Below are positions 31,201 through 42,940 of a stretch of 64,000 nucleotides of DNA, piece by piece (within the stretch, counting starts at the first letter, position 1; every line of letters begins with the position of its first letter). Both the position numbers and the translations under genes were made by a program. Below the pieces are notes generated by a model. That model ran no database searches. It was not told the DNA's origin and saw nothing but the letters and a program-made list of their open reading frames with translations. The stretch is from Balanoglossus misakiensis. Its lineage: Eukaryota > Animalia > Hemichordata. Location: positions 10,915,129 through 10,979,128 of the forward strand of contig CM082576.2 of the NCBI GenBank assembly GCA_040954595.2. Direction: 5' to 3'.

Positions 31201-31645
31201 TGAAGTAACAATCCTCACCACCAGATTCTTCTCTTTTCACCTCACTTGCTACATCAGTCTGGTCTTCAATCTTCCTGATCGTTCTCTTTGTAATTTCCCA
31301 TGTTGTTCCATAGAGCTCGCCAATGGCTGGGTCCAGGGTGAAAAACTTTCTTTCCAAATTTACTTTCCTGGAGACAAACAAAGCAGTTCATTCAAGGTTG
31401 GTGGTTCTATAGTCGCGTGTCTAAAAACAACAAATGTTGGTAATAAAGATTTTGTTCAGATGTATCACGCGAACTGAGACTCCACTGCCTCCAGTCTGCA
31501 GACGACAACTTCAGTCACAAATGCAACAGTGCAGTGCAGTGCCAGTCGTTACCTACCTTTTACGGTGTACTAGAACTATTACGAGATTCTTCCCTTTCTT
31601 TAGAATAACATAATTCCCCTCTTTTATACGCGATTCATCTGCCAT
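28224..31645 (-). CDS. TRMT6: tRNA (adenine(58)-N1)-methyltransferase non-catalytic subunit, about 534 aa, 11 exons
   Basis: Exons 31557-31645, 31219-31367, 30947-31053, 30711-30802, 30440-30523, 30159-30283, 29351-29949, 29099-29184, 28845-28947, 28545-28631, 28224-28307. Gcd10 motifs DNRNIVDD..AQKLSQDEI, IVENSATFKEKNIYSQEKYIK, LRNDTMGQILTLSNV, LAPSRPFMVYS, ENWLREYQVLPRRTHP..MSGSSGYLLTG. Confidence 0.96.
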
Positions 31646-32362
31646 GCTGTCGCCCGCGAAATTTCGGTATGATGCAAACAGGAGTGAAACTAAAGCGTTA
31701 CCTATAACCGGAAGTCATTTCCACATGGAGCACATTCGTTTGTTCGGAGGAGAACGAACGCTTTCCTCATGGTGACGTCATAAACTCGAACAAACGGTGG
31801 CGTTGTCACGGACTTTTGTTTTTATGTGGAACACTTCTAACCATACACCGTGCGTACGCGTGGTCATATCCAAAACATACGAATGCGGATAGAAACACAA
31901 CTGAAAAAAAGGTATGAAATGCTTCACAGAATATTTAATGTAGATGAGTGTGTGTAAAAGAGTTTGTTATTGTAAATATTATGAATATAGGACACGATAA
32001 TCTTCACGCTTGTTCCTGCTATTTCCACTGCCGCATATGTCTCCGTCTCATGCAGACTTCATGGACTTTGTTCCCCCGAAAGTTGATATTTCCGTTTTCT
32101 TGAAACCTCATACTACAGTACGTTCAGATTATTTAGGCAGTGTTATAATATAAAAGGGAAGTAATTAAACACAGATCACGAATAACAATTCTTCTTTCAC
32201 ACTAAATTCCTTTCACGTATGCTTTTATTCAGGTAAGAGACGGTGTACTGCTGCATGAGTTCAGTTGGAGTAACACTCATATAAATGTAGATTGCAGTTA
32301 TAGGATGCAGGACAAAATCAACCGAGCGATGGTAACTGAAATTAGGGAATTCCAACGAGCGC
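31646..32362. promoter_or_regulatory. Putative bidirectional promoter region between TRMT6 and the 661-aa ORF
   Basis: Head-to-head start codons about 720 nt apart; ETS CCGGAAGT at 31708 and CRE TGACGTCA at 31773. Confidence 0.45.
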
Positions 32363-34348
32363 ATGGATCACACCAGCCACAGTAACTTATCGGTAGACAG
32401 GCCGCTTCCAAGTTTATTAAATTTGGCCCAAGCCCAATCACACAAGAAGAATGAATACGATCTGGCAGCCTCGGCAATCGCATCTGCCCACTCATTTTCA
32501 TCTTTTGTAATTCCGGGCGCGGCCGCGGGTTCAATACTGAATCTGTTGCCAGAGTTACAAGGCAGTTCATCCAAGTATTACTACGACCCCGCTGACGCCG
32601 ATTTGCACAACTGGACACTTCTGGACAAATCGGTGCTAGAGGCACTCGAACCGTACGCACACCAGCTTTCCAGTTCTTTATACGAAACCTACACTTTCGT
32701 GAACGAGTTGTCGGGGCCTTCTGGTTTGCGCCTGGCGAAGACCAGCCGACCGCTAGCCATTGCAGCCGGCCTCGCCAGTTTTATCAACAAGACGTACCAA
32801 AAGCACGGAAAGGGTGTAACGCGCGCCTCGAGCGACAGAACGGATTCGCACAAAACGATCGCCGCACCGCACGACGCGCACGCTTCTTCTTCTTCTTCCG
32901 AAGACAAAAAGAACGCTCGGTTTGAATATCGGCGTGGCGGGGACGTTAGACCAGAGCTAAGCTGTGACAAAGATGAACTCTTGGAAAATCTGAACCTACA
33001 GAAGTTGCACGACTTCATCCTCGATATACAGGAAAAGGACTTTGCCGCTGAATTGGACATTCCCCCGAGAAGCTTTCAGGTGACCGACAGCGAAGGCAGC
33101 GAGGAAATGTTTGGCCCAAACGTCCACTTCAAAGGGCCAAACACCAGGCGCCCCGCGGTGATAGTTGTAAAACCGCATAAACTGTGGAATACGTCCAACA
33201 GCAGCACAGCAGCGAGCAATGATGACCGAACGCAACAAAAACCACCAATTAATGAAGATAGGAGGAAAACGTTTTTCCCAGAAGAGAACAGAGTTACATA
33301 TTTCATATATTCCGGCGACGGACAGAAGTATTTGCGCAGGTTTCAGCAGATAAAGGAATCCAACTGCCACCATTATCGGGTCGTTGTCATGTTTTCTACA
33401 AAGCACGCCAAGACTGGACCACTCTCTTGCTCTGATGATGCCAAACTACTTCACGATGATAACGAAGAGGACGTCGAAACACTGTCTGCCACTCTCAACT
33501 TTCACAAAAGCGATCATTTCGAAGATTATTCTGTTAATAGCATGTCGAACACTATGGAATATCTGAAAGATGTAGGTGTGACCAAGACCTCATCCCTACA
33601 CGACGAACTGAAAGCTGGGGGCATGGAGTCCCTCAAATCCGAATATTACGGCGCGGATGATGGTAGCAGTAACTCGGTGGTCGCCACGGATGACGAAAGA
33701 CAGCGCAGCCTGAGCGTGCCAAACTTACAGAATTGGGTCAAAATGACTTCTATTCCTGACGACGATGGGGTCGACGAAACTACGAAAGATAAGCCCCGGG
33801 ATAAGCCTAAAAATGCCAAAAATCCCAGGATTAAGTTACTTAAAGATACGATTCAGAAGAAAATGAAACAGCTGAGGAAGCGCAGAGTAAGCCCGTTGCC
33901 GGGCAACGACGAAACTAACAGAACTAGTAGAAGCACCCAGAAATATGAGGAGTGCATGCAATACATCAAAATGTGCACCAGGCCGCCGGCGAACGGCCTC
34001 CGAGTGACGCTGTACGTGCAGACGCCGGACAGGTTTGAGATGTGCAAACTCAAGACAGATTTCCTCATCCACTCGATGAAGCTGTTCTTCTCGTCCCCGA
34101 AGGACAGAATCGACATTCGCTCGGTGTCGCACATCGCCGACGAGCTAGAGTCGATCATCGAGCAGTACGGTGCACGGTCGCAGTTCGAGTACGACTTCGA
34201 AAACCTACTCGTCTGTCGTGCCGCTCTGGTGGTGCCGAGAGAAGCAGGCATTTTGACCAAGAGGCGAAATTCGTACTTTCTCGGCAACATTTGTGAAGTT
34301 CTCGAAATTCGACGAGAACAGCTGGTCGTGTTACTAGCCTACAAGTAG
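32363..34348 (+). CDS. Intronless 661-aa protein of unrecognised family
   Basis: 1986-nt uninterrupted ORF bounded by an upstream in-frame TAA (32333); coding-like composition with ordered blocks separated by acidic/basic low-complexity linkers; AATAAA at about 34490 and 34501. Confidence 0.75.
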   Translation: MDHTSHSNLSVDRPLPSLLNLAQAQSHKKNEYDLAASAIASAHSFSSFVIPGAAAGSILNLLPELQGSSSKYYYDPADADLHNWTLLDKSVLEALEPYAHQLSSSLYETYTFVNELSGPSGLRLAKTSRPLAIAAGLASFINKTYQKHGKGVTRASSDRTDSHKTIAAPHDAHASSSSSEDKKNARFEYRRGGDVRPELSCDKDELLENLNLQKLHDFILDIQEKDFAAELDIPPRSFQVTDSEGSEEMFGPNVHFKGPNTRRPAVIVVKPHKLWNTSNSSTAASNDDRTQQKPPINEDRRKTFFPEENRVTYFIYSGDGQKYLRRFQQIKESNCHHYRVVVMFSTKHAKTGPLSCSDDAKLLHDDNEEDVETLSATLNFHKSDHFEDYSVNSMSNTMEYLKDVGVTKTSSLHDELKAGGMESLKSEYYGADDGSSNSVVATDDERQRSLSVPNLQNWVKMTSIPDDDGVDETTKDKPRDKPKNAKNPRIKLLKDTIQKKMKQLRKRRVSPLPGNDETNRTSRSTQKYEECMQYIKMCTRPPANGLRVTLYVQTPDRFEMCKLKTDFLIHSMKLFFSSPKDRIDIRSVSHIADELESIIEQYGARSQFEYDFENLLVCRAALVVPREAGILTKRRNSYFLGNICEVLEIRREQLVVLLAYK

Positions 34349-34679
34349 ATATGTGGTTTGACATCACTTTCTTTTTCTGTATCAAACTACACCCTGGAAT
34401 AAGTATTTGTGGAACTGATCATGCCTTTAATAAGAATTCTTTTTTTTCTTTTTCTTTTTAAATATTAATATACTGTATAACCTGGAAACAATAAATTCAG
34501 AATAAATTGAGAACTATATTTGCTGTGGTGCACTTCTATGAAATAATTCAAGAAATAGCTCGCCACCACCGGCCACATTTGTAGAATTCTTTCTTTTAGA
34601 AGTCTTGCGCAAGCGTTGAGTGTGATTGGGCCATTTCATAGTGCCTATTGGTACGAGCGTGCATAGAAACTGCGTCAAT

Positions 34680-34840
34680 CCAGCCATCAATCCATCCATC
34701 CACACATCACTTGCCCATCCGTACACCCATCCGCTTGTCCACTCATAATATCCATACTGGACCAAATCTAACACTATCCATACGTTTACCAATCAACCAA
34801 CTCAACATGTTCATCCATCCACCCATCCATCCACATTCCT
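34680..34840. repeat. Degenerate (ATCC)n low-complexity tract
   Basis: Visible imperfect catc/atcc repeats. Confidence 0.6.
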
Positions 34841-36373
34841 TCCTTCAACTGGAGCACACACACACAGCAACCACACCCATGTAAAACGCTTGAAAATTTC
34901 AAACTGTTTTATTCACATAATAAATATTATCCATCTGAAACTATAATGCAAACATTCTGACTTCATCATTAATGTCAATTTAACTATTCATGATATGAAG
35001 CTTATTAAAAATGTGTACAATTGGAATGTTAGCAAAAATGCAACACTTACAACCCCCCTGAAATTATGAGGGGGGGGGGGGATGGAAACCTCCCTGGGGT
35101 TGTGGCAAATTTGTATGAACCTGGAAATATTTGGTCAGTACTGCTAAAAAAAGAACTTTTTCTGAGTGAAATACATCTAATTACCTCCTATCCCAAGTGT
35201 CATCGATGTTTATTTAAGGCAGAAAAATTATAAATGATCCAAGGGGACAATGTCCTCACACAACATGGGAACATTCAAAGCAAAACTGAAATCTGTACAA
35301 ACATGAAATGCTGAGTGAAAATTGTCCTGTCGGAAAGTGGCCAAAAATTCTTGTGGACATTCTCAGGCATACATATTTAAATATCTTTTTATTTTTACCT
35401 TGAAAATTGACATTTCTTTTCTGTGTTGCTAAAAAATGACAAGGCCAATAATAAAATGGAGATTTGTTGAAAATTTGATAGAAAATGACCAATTTATAAA
35501 TGTCAAATCCCAACCTACAATAAATTCAGGGGCTTGCTAAATTCCTGTCAAAATACATCATTTTCACGTTTTGATAAGTTAAAAGTCACAATTTACAGCA
35601 ATTAATAAATCATAGATATTTTACAAATGCATAGGATGAACAAATTAATTTTTAAAAAGTATGCAGAAATACAGTACGCAGTAAAAAACACACAGCAGTT
35701 AGTGAACAAATAAAGACCTTTTTAAAAGGGTGACTTTTACAACATTGCATCCTATGGTTCCAAACATGAACATTTCTCTCTAAATGCAATGGAAATGTTT
35801 CAAATTTTACACCTCTCATGCTCATTGTTTGTTCATCTGTCTTTCTACACTTAAATTAAGCCCGACAGAGCGCATCACAAACAGACTGATTGACTTCCAT
35901 TTGCGGACAAATCATTTGATGAGTGTTGGCATGGTACTTAACCTTTGAGATGACATGTATTGAACTCTGTATCTTCCTTGATATGAATGACATACTGTCT
36001 TGTATAGGCAACTCCAGAACATGTAGTGCCATCCACCATTAACAATTTCTACTTGGGGGACGAGAGTGATTTGAAGAGCCTGTCTTGGTGTAAACTGCAA
36101 TGGGTCTGTGTATGATGGCAAATGGCATCAAACATTTTTATCAGTGTCACTTGAATTTCTAATTCGAAGAGCAGAACACAGACCTTTTGAAAGGAAAATA
36201 TTGTGCACAGTGACAATATTACAATTTTTACACTCCATCATGAAATAAGTGAGATCCGTCAATATTGTGGTAGCACCTTAAAATCAGCACATTACAGAGA
36301 ATGTAACACAAACTATAGAGGTATACAAACACATGTGGCACCGTTGTGGGAATGAGAAAAGCCCGCAAAAAGA

Positions 36374-39300
36374 CTATGTGATCTTCATGACGGAAAATGT
36401 TGAACTCAGCGACCGAAGACTCACAACTCTCCTTCTGTGATAGAGTCTTAAGTAGTAGGGCAGCCGGTGCTGAATCGCTATAAAAACGACCGCCATGATG
36501 AAAAACGCCAGGAAGGCATACACGAGCGACTGACTCGTCGGTGGTTCCTGAAAACAATTCGAAAATATCTGCCAGTGAGTGTTTTGCAGTTTACAGTATG
36601 CAAGAAGCACAGAGTGGACTGTCTCACTGTTGAACCAGTAAGTGTGACCGTCCATGGACGAACTTGCATCCAAACTGGCATGAGAGCAAAGGCACGTACT
36701 GTACAAGGATAACAATGACACAGTGCACTTCAGAGGCCAAAAAGATGTGTTTATGTCAGCAAAAAACACAACAGCCGGGAAAACCACATCACAAGATTCC
36801 GTACACTAAATGCATATAAGCTAGTCGATAGTTTGCACATACACAGTGAACAAATGCAAGGCCATGTCTCGATTATCTTTACCTCTGTTTAAGAAAACTG
36901 AAAAATTCATGCAGCTTCATATATGCGAATGCAGTACAAAAGGAATATACTCACATCTATTTGGGAGAAGTACTCCCTGAGCTGTTTCTCCTTCCAATCA
37001 ATAACAAAAGTAAACAGTGTTTCGTAAATAGGGTGTACCTCTTCAACTGCTTTCTGCAAGAGAAGATTGGAGATGTCAGCAATGTACGTGCAGAATGGAT
37101 CAATCCAGAGGGTCATTAGGTGTTATTGCATTTAGACCTGAAAAGTACTATGTACTTTATAGAATGCAGCAACACATACTTACAACAGGTCTCTGGGTAT
37201 ATGTAACAAACCCAAATGTGATAACAGAACATTTTGTTGTGATCAAAGCTATGGGATTCTTACCTGCAAATCTTCACTTCTAGGATTAAAAAGATCGAAG
37301 CACCTAGCACTTTTGTGATCGCCAACCCCCCATAGTTCTATTGCAAAGGAAAATGGCACCTGCAGGCAAAACAAACTCACATATACATGTAGGTGTATCA
37401 CTCAGGTAGTATCACAATAATTCAACATATAAAACATTTAAATAAAAAATCACTGCAGCATACAGGCATGCGTGCAAGTAAGCATTACGATGCAAATATC
37501 CTATATGAACCTCTGTTGATATCGCCAATATTTCTCGTCACGAAAATTTCCCAGTTTACAGTATCTATCACAACTACATGTACGCTGAAGTTCACAAGTA
37601 GAATTACTTGGGAAACCAAAAAAGTGACATTCTTACCTGCCTGACACCAGCCATGTAATCAAATATGGTGCCGTCGGCAACATAATCATTCAGTTTGTGG
37701 GCGACGCCGTAGGTGAAAATATTGGGAGTGGAGACAGACATCAGACGTGCCAACTCCAACTGTGCTTCTACATTGGTAGGAACTCTGTGCTCTTTCTTGG
37801 ACATTGAATCTGAAAAATCAAAAACGGTTGATTTCTGAAAGTCGAATAAATCAAATATTGTTGCTTTAGCAGCTCATTGCATACACACTTTGCACAATGA
37901 TAGTTGATACTCTCCCTGCAGGCTTTGAAATCTGATTGAATAGCTCATGTGACAGATGTGACAAGTCTGCAATTTGACAAATACATACATCATCACATGG
38001 ATTTCATGTTTAAAATATTGTTAGTCAAATTGTCCTACTTTGATATTTGCAATATAGAATTATGCACTCAATTCTTGCAGTACGTACATGTTCAACATAA
38101 AAATATGCGTTAAATTTCAATGACAGAAGATCAAATAACACATGATCTTCAAGGGCGACAATGTTGACCTGGAATTTAATAAAATACTACACTAGGTTCC
38201 AAAAGGCATTTCATGTTTACGAAAGACCCACTATACATTAACACCACAGCTTTCATCCTACATATAATCACAGCCAACGCACACATTCACACATATGAAT
38301 TTGATTTTGAAATAGACTAAATATGCTCTGAAGAACTCCATCACTGTATTACATAGGATGTCCTTAGCGAATGAATAATTACATGTATGTCACAGCTGGT
38401 ATGACTAAACAACTATAACTCGATGAAGTGTTCGGGGAAACATAAAACCAAGGTAACTCTGTGACAGAGCTGTCAACAGGTATACCCAGTCCTGACCAAT
38501 GGGTGAGGCTTCTCGCTGGATTGTCAAAGATCATACAGTCATACTCCAATGAACTAATTACTTAAATTACTCCACAAAACATGGTGCATTGAACTGTAAA
38601 ACACACACAACACCAAGACTGGACTGATGACCCCAATCACAGTCCCATGTGCCTCAATGAACTTTTGCCTGTAATGTATTTTTTGGTGTTGGGACTCTAA
38701 GAGACTGTTTGGTCAATGTTTGAAATATCTTACATTTTACATGTATAGTCATGACATATTTGAATAATTTCTCTACATCATGCTACAACTTCTCAGAGGT
38801 TTCTGCTGAAAACTAATAAACAACATGTTGATTTGTATAGTTAGATTTGGTAGACAGCTATGACCACTTTCACATTGACATCTTGATAAATATTTTTCCT
38901 CTGGGTCTGATAGTGACTGTATAAAAGTAGAATACGAGCCACATGGACAATCAAAAGAGATGCCTCTACCAAATACCATTCCGGGCACTTTCCTTTCTAT
39001 GTCGTGTCAACATCTGGTGTATTGAAGTTAATAAAAGAAACAGCATGGTACCAGTTACCATTCATTGCCTACTTCATAGCTATTGTGGAAGCTTACACTT
39101 TTCTATCACAGCAAAACACAAAATGCATAACTGACTGTCTCATCTATTTGGCATGATCATCTTAACAGCAGTGTATTCCTGTAATTACAAATAAAGCCAC
39201 TGGATATTGCTTGGAGTTTTCCTACGCTAACCATTTCACAGAGCATGTATTATTTTGACCCAGTTTCAAAATAATATGCGAGTCAACCATAAGACCCACT

Positions 39301-40979
39301 GACCTCCAGCTATTTTAAAAGTAATGTGAACCACAACACATTTTTATCTGGCCTGAATTAAGTAATTGAACATATTATTATTAAAATACATGTACAACTG
39401 TACTTGTATACGGGCAAACAGACACTGAAAGTTTGAAAGCCATGTAATCACACACTTGGAAAAAGATACACGGACCCAATTCACATACCCCCTTTAACCT
39501 GCGTACATTGTACCTTAAGAATGCATGGTTCACGGCTTAACATCTGGTCAAATTCCTAGTCAGAGTGTGACATGACCTATATTACAAGCAGACTCAGGTC
39601 CTGTGGAGTTGATGAAGATCATCCCAACCTGAGAATACAGCATGCACTAGGTCAGACACCAAGGTCAGGTCACCACACAGTCTCCCTGAACACGTCCAGT
39701 CTAGGGTGTCATTCATTCATTCATTCATTCATTCATTCCCTTTTGATAACCTTACCTGCAAAAGGCACGTAGATTTGTCTGATGCCAGAATGGAAGGAGA
39801 TAAAGACATCAAACTTGTATTTGGCTGTAATCTCTGTCAACACTGCACATTCCGGTTCTGCGAATACAGAAAACATGGATTGGAGTCAGCTCTGTCCTAG
39901 TTAAAATACATTATGGGTTGCTAATGTGCTGTGATGTGAAACCAGTGTACAGTCTCGTCCATGATGATTGCAGTTTGATGGAAGCCATGCTTGGGGTCAC
40001 TTTCCTATGATATGATGCTTGCTACATCAAGACTGACAATTATAACACTATAGAAAGTGTAACTTTGGTTATTACAACAAACAGTTTCAGCCATTTACCA
40101 TGATGCACTTGTATGTAAAGCAAATGAGAGTGACCTTAATTTTTCAGATTTTGTTCTACTCATCATCCCATTGGAGCTAGCCCACTCATAGAATGAGGTA
40201 CCTACCACTCCTGGGTAAGATCGAGTTGCCATATTGTGAAGAATCTGGACAAAATGTTTTTGGATGAAGTGAATCAGAGCATGGACGTGTCTAATACGTC
40301 CATACCCAGAAGTTCAGAATCATCCATACTTGTTATACATGTACACACCTGAAAATGCATGCACTCCCCTATACTCTTCATCCTTGGAGTTTCCTGAGCT
40401 GCCACGCCCACCAAACAACCAATCAAAATTCCGGTTGAGATCAACTCCGGTACTGGTGCCCCTCCAACAGTAATTCTCAGTCTCCTCTATGTAGTGTCTC
40501 CCGTCTGGATTCACCATGGCAATTATAAACAAGTCCAGTTTGGAAAGAACCTTTCTGCTGAAACTCTCCCCGTAACTTCCCCTGGGAGCGGCCAGACCGC
40601 TTGTGATGTTCTGAAGTAAGTAAATCATGCTTTCCACGGGGAAGTATTCTCTGGCGTGTTCCCCGAACGACAGTAAAATTTTGGGCTTGTGCTGAGACAG
40701 CCTGTACGTCCCTGTGAACCTGTGGCTGTCTGAAAAATTTGTCATCCTCACTACATACTGGGGTCTCCCTTGACGTGAGGTATAGTCTTTCTCCAATTTT
40801 AAGTAGTAAGGATTCCTAGAGACTATTTCTTCAAGGTGCTGACCCAATCTTTGCATGTTGTGATAGTATTTGTAATCGGGTATGTATAATTCATTTTGAC
40901 GTCTCACATCTCTGCACTGGCACTTTTGTAAATACACGAGAATAAAGAGTACCATGATCTGTATAGTCCTTTCTTCCAT
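36374..40979 (-). CDS. M14-family zinc carboxypeptidase lacking a prodomain, with a C-terminal transmembrane helix, about 424 aa, 6 coding exons
   Basis: Exons 40349-40979, 39756-39857, 37637-37809, 37264-37359, 36955-37053, 36374-36547. Signal-like N-terminus IMVLFILVYLQKCQC; motifs FGEHAREYF, VNPDGR, WRGTSTGVDLNRNF, YRG.HAFSEPE, SFHSG, YVADGTIFDY, FAIEL; TM segment LVYAFLAFFIMAVVFIAI followed by a basic tail. Confidence 0.88.
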
Positions 40980-42009
40980 ATCGATACTTTTAAACAATGC
41001 CTTTGCCTCGCCGTGAACCTCGACAGTTTGGTAGATCCAGCTGCATGTGTTTATGCCTTCGGATAACGTTTCACAAATGTAGACTCAGCTGGCTTGATTA
41101 AGCATGTCTAACATGGTTGAACTTGGTCTGATTTTTTGGTCATTAATGCTCATTACATGTGAAAACTTATATACACCTCAACACACTTGAAAGGCACGAA
41201 ATCTCGTCGTGTATCTGACACAGAATAAACACACATGGGCATAGTGCAGTGAGAGTTGCGGACTGATCTCAGACCAGTAATGATAATCTGTACACAACAC
41301 AGCAGAGTGTCAGGGTCATCGGGACCATAGACTTACTCCATCCTCATCCATGGAGCTCCGTTGAGAAGAGATGTACATGTATGCTGCTACCATTACCAGA
41401 TGGATTGCGCGAGGACGATTCCAACTTATCGAATCCTGAAGGCGTTCGATTGCCTATCCAGACACTCATGCATACCACAGTGGTTCACTTTACCGTATCA
41501 TCGACGCTTGAACTTTGGACAACACATGGTTATCTCAGTAACTGCGATTCGGATTGAAACATACTAACATACACTCCAAACGAAACTCTCAAACTCTCCT
41601 CCACGTCGGTCGTCTAAACTGCGCCGGAGTTGTGCGCAGGGGAAACCTCTGCCTCGTACAAGGTATTAGCTGAAGTGCGGATTAAAGAATGGTGGGTTTT
41701 CATATATCTCGACATTTAACTAAATAAGCCGATGTAGATAACATAAAACTTTACGCGTGTTATTGATAAAGCAACTTAACTGTCAACATTTTGAAGTACG
41801 AGTGCAACCCTGAAATCAGTGAACAGTCCGAGGGGAAACTTTACCCATGCGCAGACCGATTAGGGAATCCCCACAAACTCTTATACTGCCCTCTCGCGAC
41901 CACTATTTCAACTCAGTGTAACCCTTGACCTTTGCGAATGTTTTCAAAACGTGTTGTTAGCTTCAGCTTTAGGTGTTCTGTCCGTCTTTTAAATTGCAAA
42001 TACCCGAGA

Positions 42010-42940
42010 ATGTCTTCATCCACGGAGCAAAATGCAGCTGCTAACGTTAGCGAAGGGGCCAGTGAAGCCCAAGCCAACAAAATGGCTGGAAAAGCAGAAA
42101 TTCTTGCAGAACTAGAGAGTCGGGGATTTGACATTATAACAGTTGAACATCCCGAGGTAAAGGACTATGCTGTGGGCATGGGGGATATACATATGTACAA
42201 AATGTGATGGGAAAGGGCATAGGAACTTGTATAGCTATCTATACAACATACTGTTACGCGACTATACATGTATATGTAGCAATGTATGTCTTGTAACTAG
42301 CTGTCACTCAGAATATGTCATCTGTCACTGTGCATCATGCATTGGTTGGATTGCAAACTTACAGACATCTTCATAAACAATTAACAGTTCCCATCATATG
42401 CAGATAACTGATGCTGGTGTGTTCAAATCTCCCATTAACAAAGAAAATGCAGTTTGAACTCATACATCAATCTTATAACTTTGTTGCATCATTTTACTTA
42501 CCACATAGGTTTTCACAGTGGAGACAATGATGCCTCATCTTAAAGATGTACAAGGTGTTCCAGCGAAGAACTTCTTCATGAAGGACAAAAAGAAGAAAAG
42601 ACTATGGCTACTCACTACCCGCTATGACCGAGAGGTGAACCTAGCAAAAGTCGCCAAAGAGGTCGGAGGTTCCGGTGGCTTTCGATTTGCAGACGAAGCC
42701 ATCATGTTGGAAAAGATCGGCGTTGGTCAAGGCTGCGTCACCCCGCTTGCATTGTACAACGACAAAGGCCAGGATGTGCGACTGTTACTGGACAGTGACC
42801 TCGTCAATGGTGGACACGAACGTATATTCTGTCACCCCATGGTGAATTCAGCATCCACTGGTCTCAAGCCGGACGATTTTGTGAAATTCATGGAATCTAC
42901 CGGTCACTCACCAGTTTTAGTCAACTTTGAGAATCTGTGA
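42010..42940 (+). CDS. PRORSD1: Prolyl-tRNA synthetase-associated domain protein (ProX/PrdX, YbaK-family tRNA deacylase), 192 aa, 2 exons
   Basis: Exons 42010-42156 and 42509-42940; motifs VEHPEVFTVE, KNFFMKDKKKK, FRFADE, GVGQGCVTPLALYND, FCHPMVNSAS. Confidence 0.92.
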
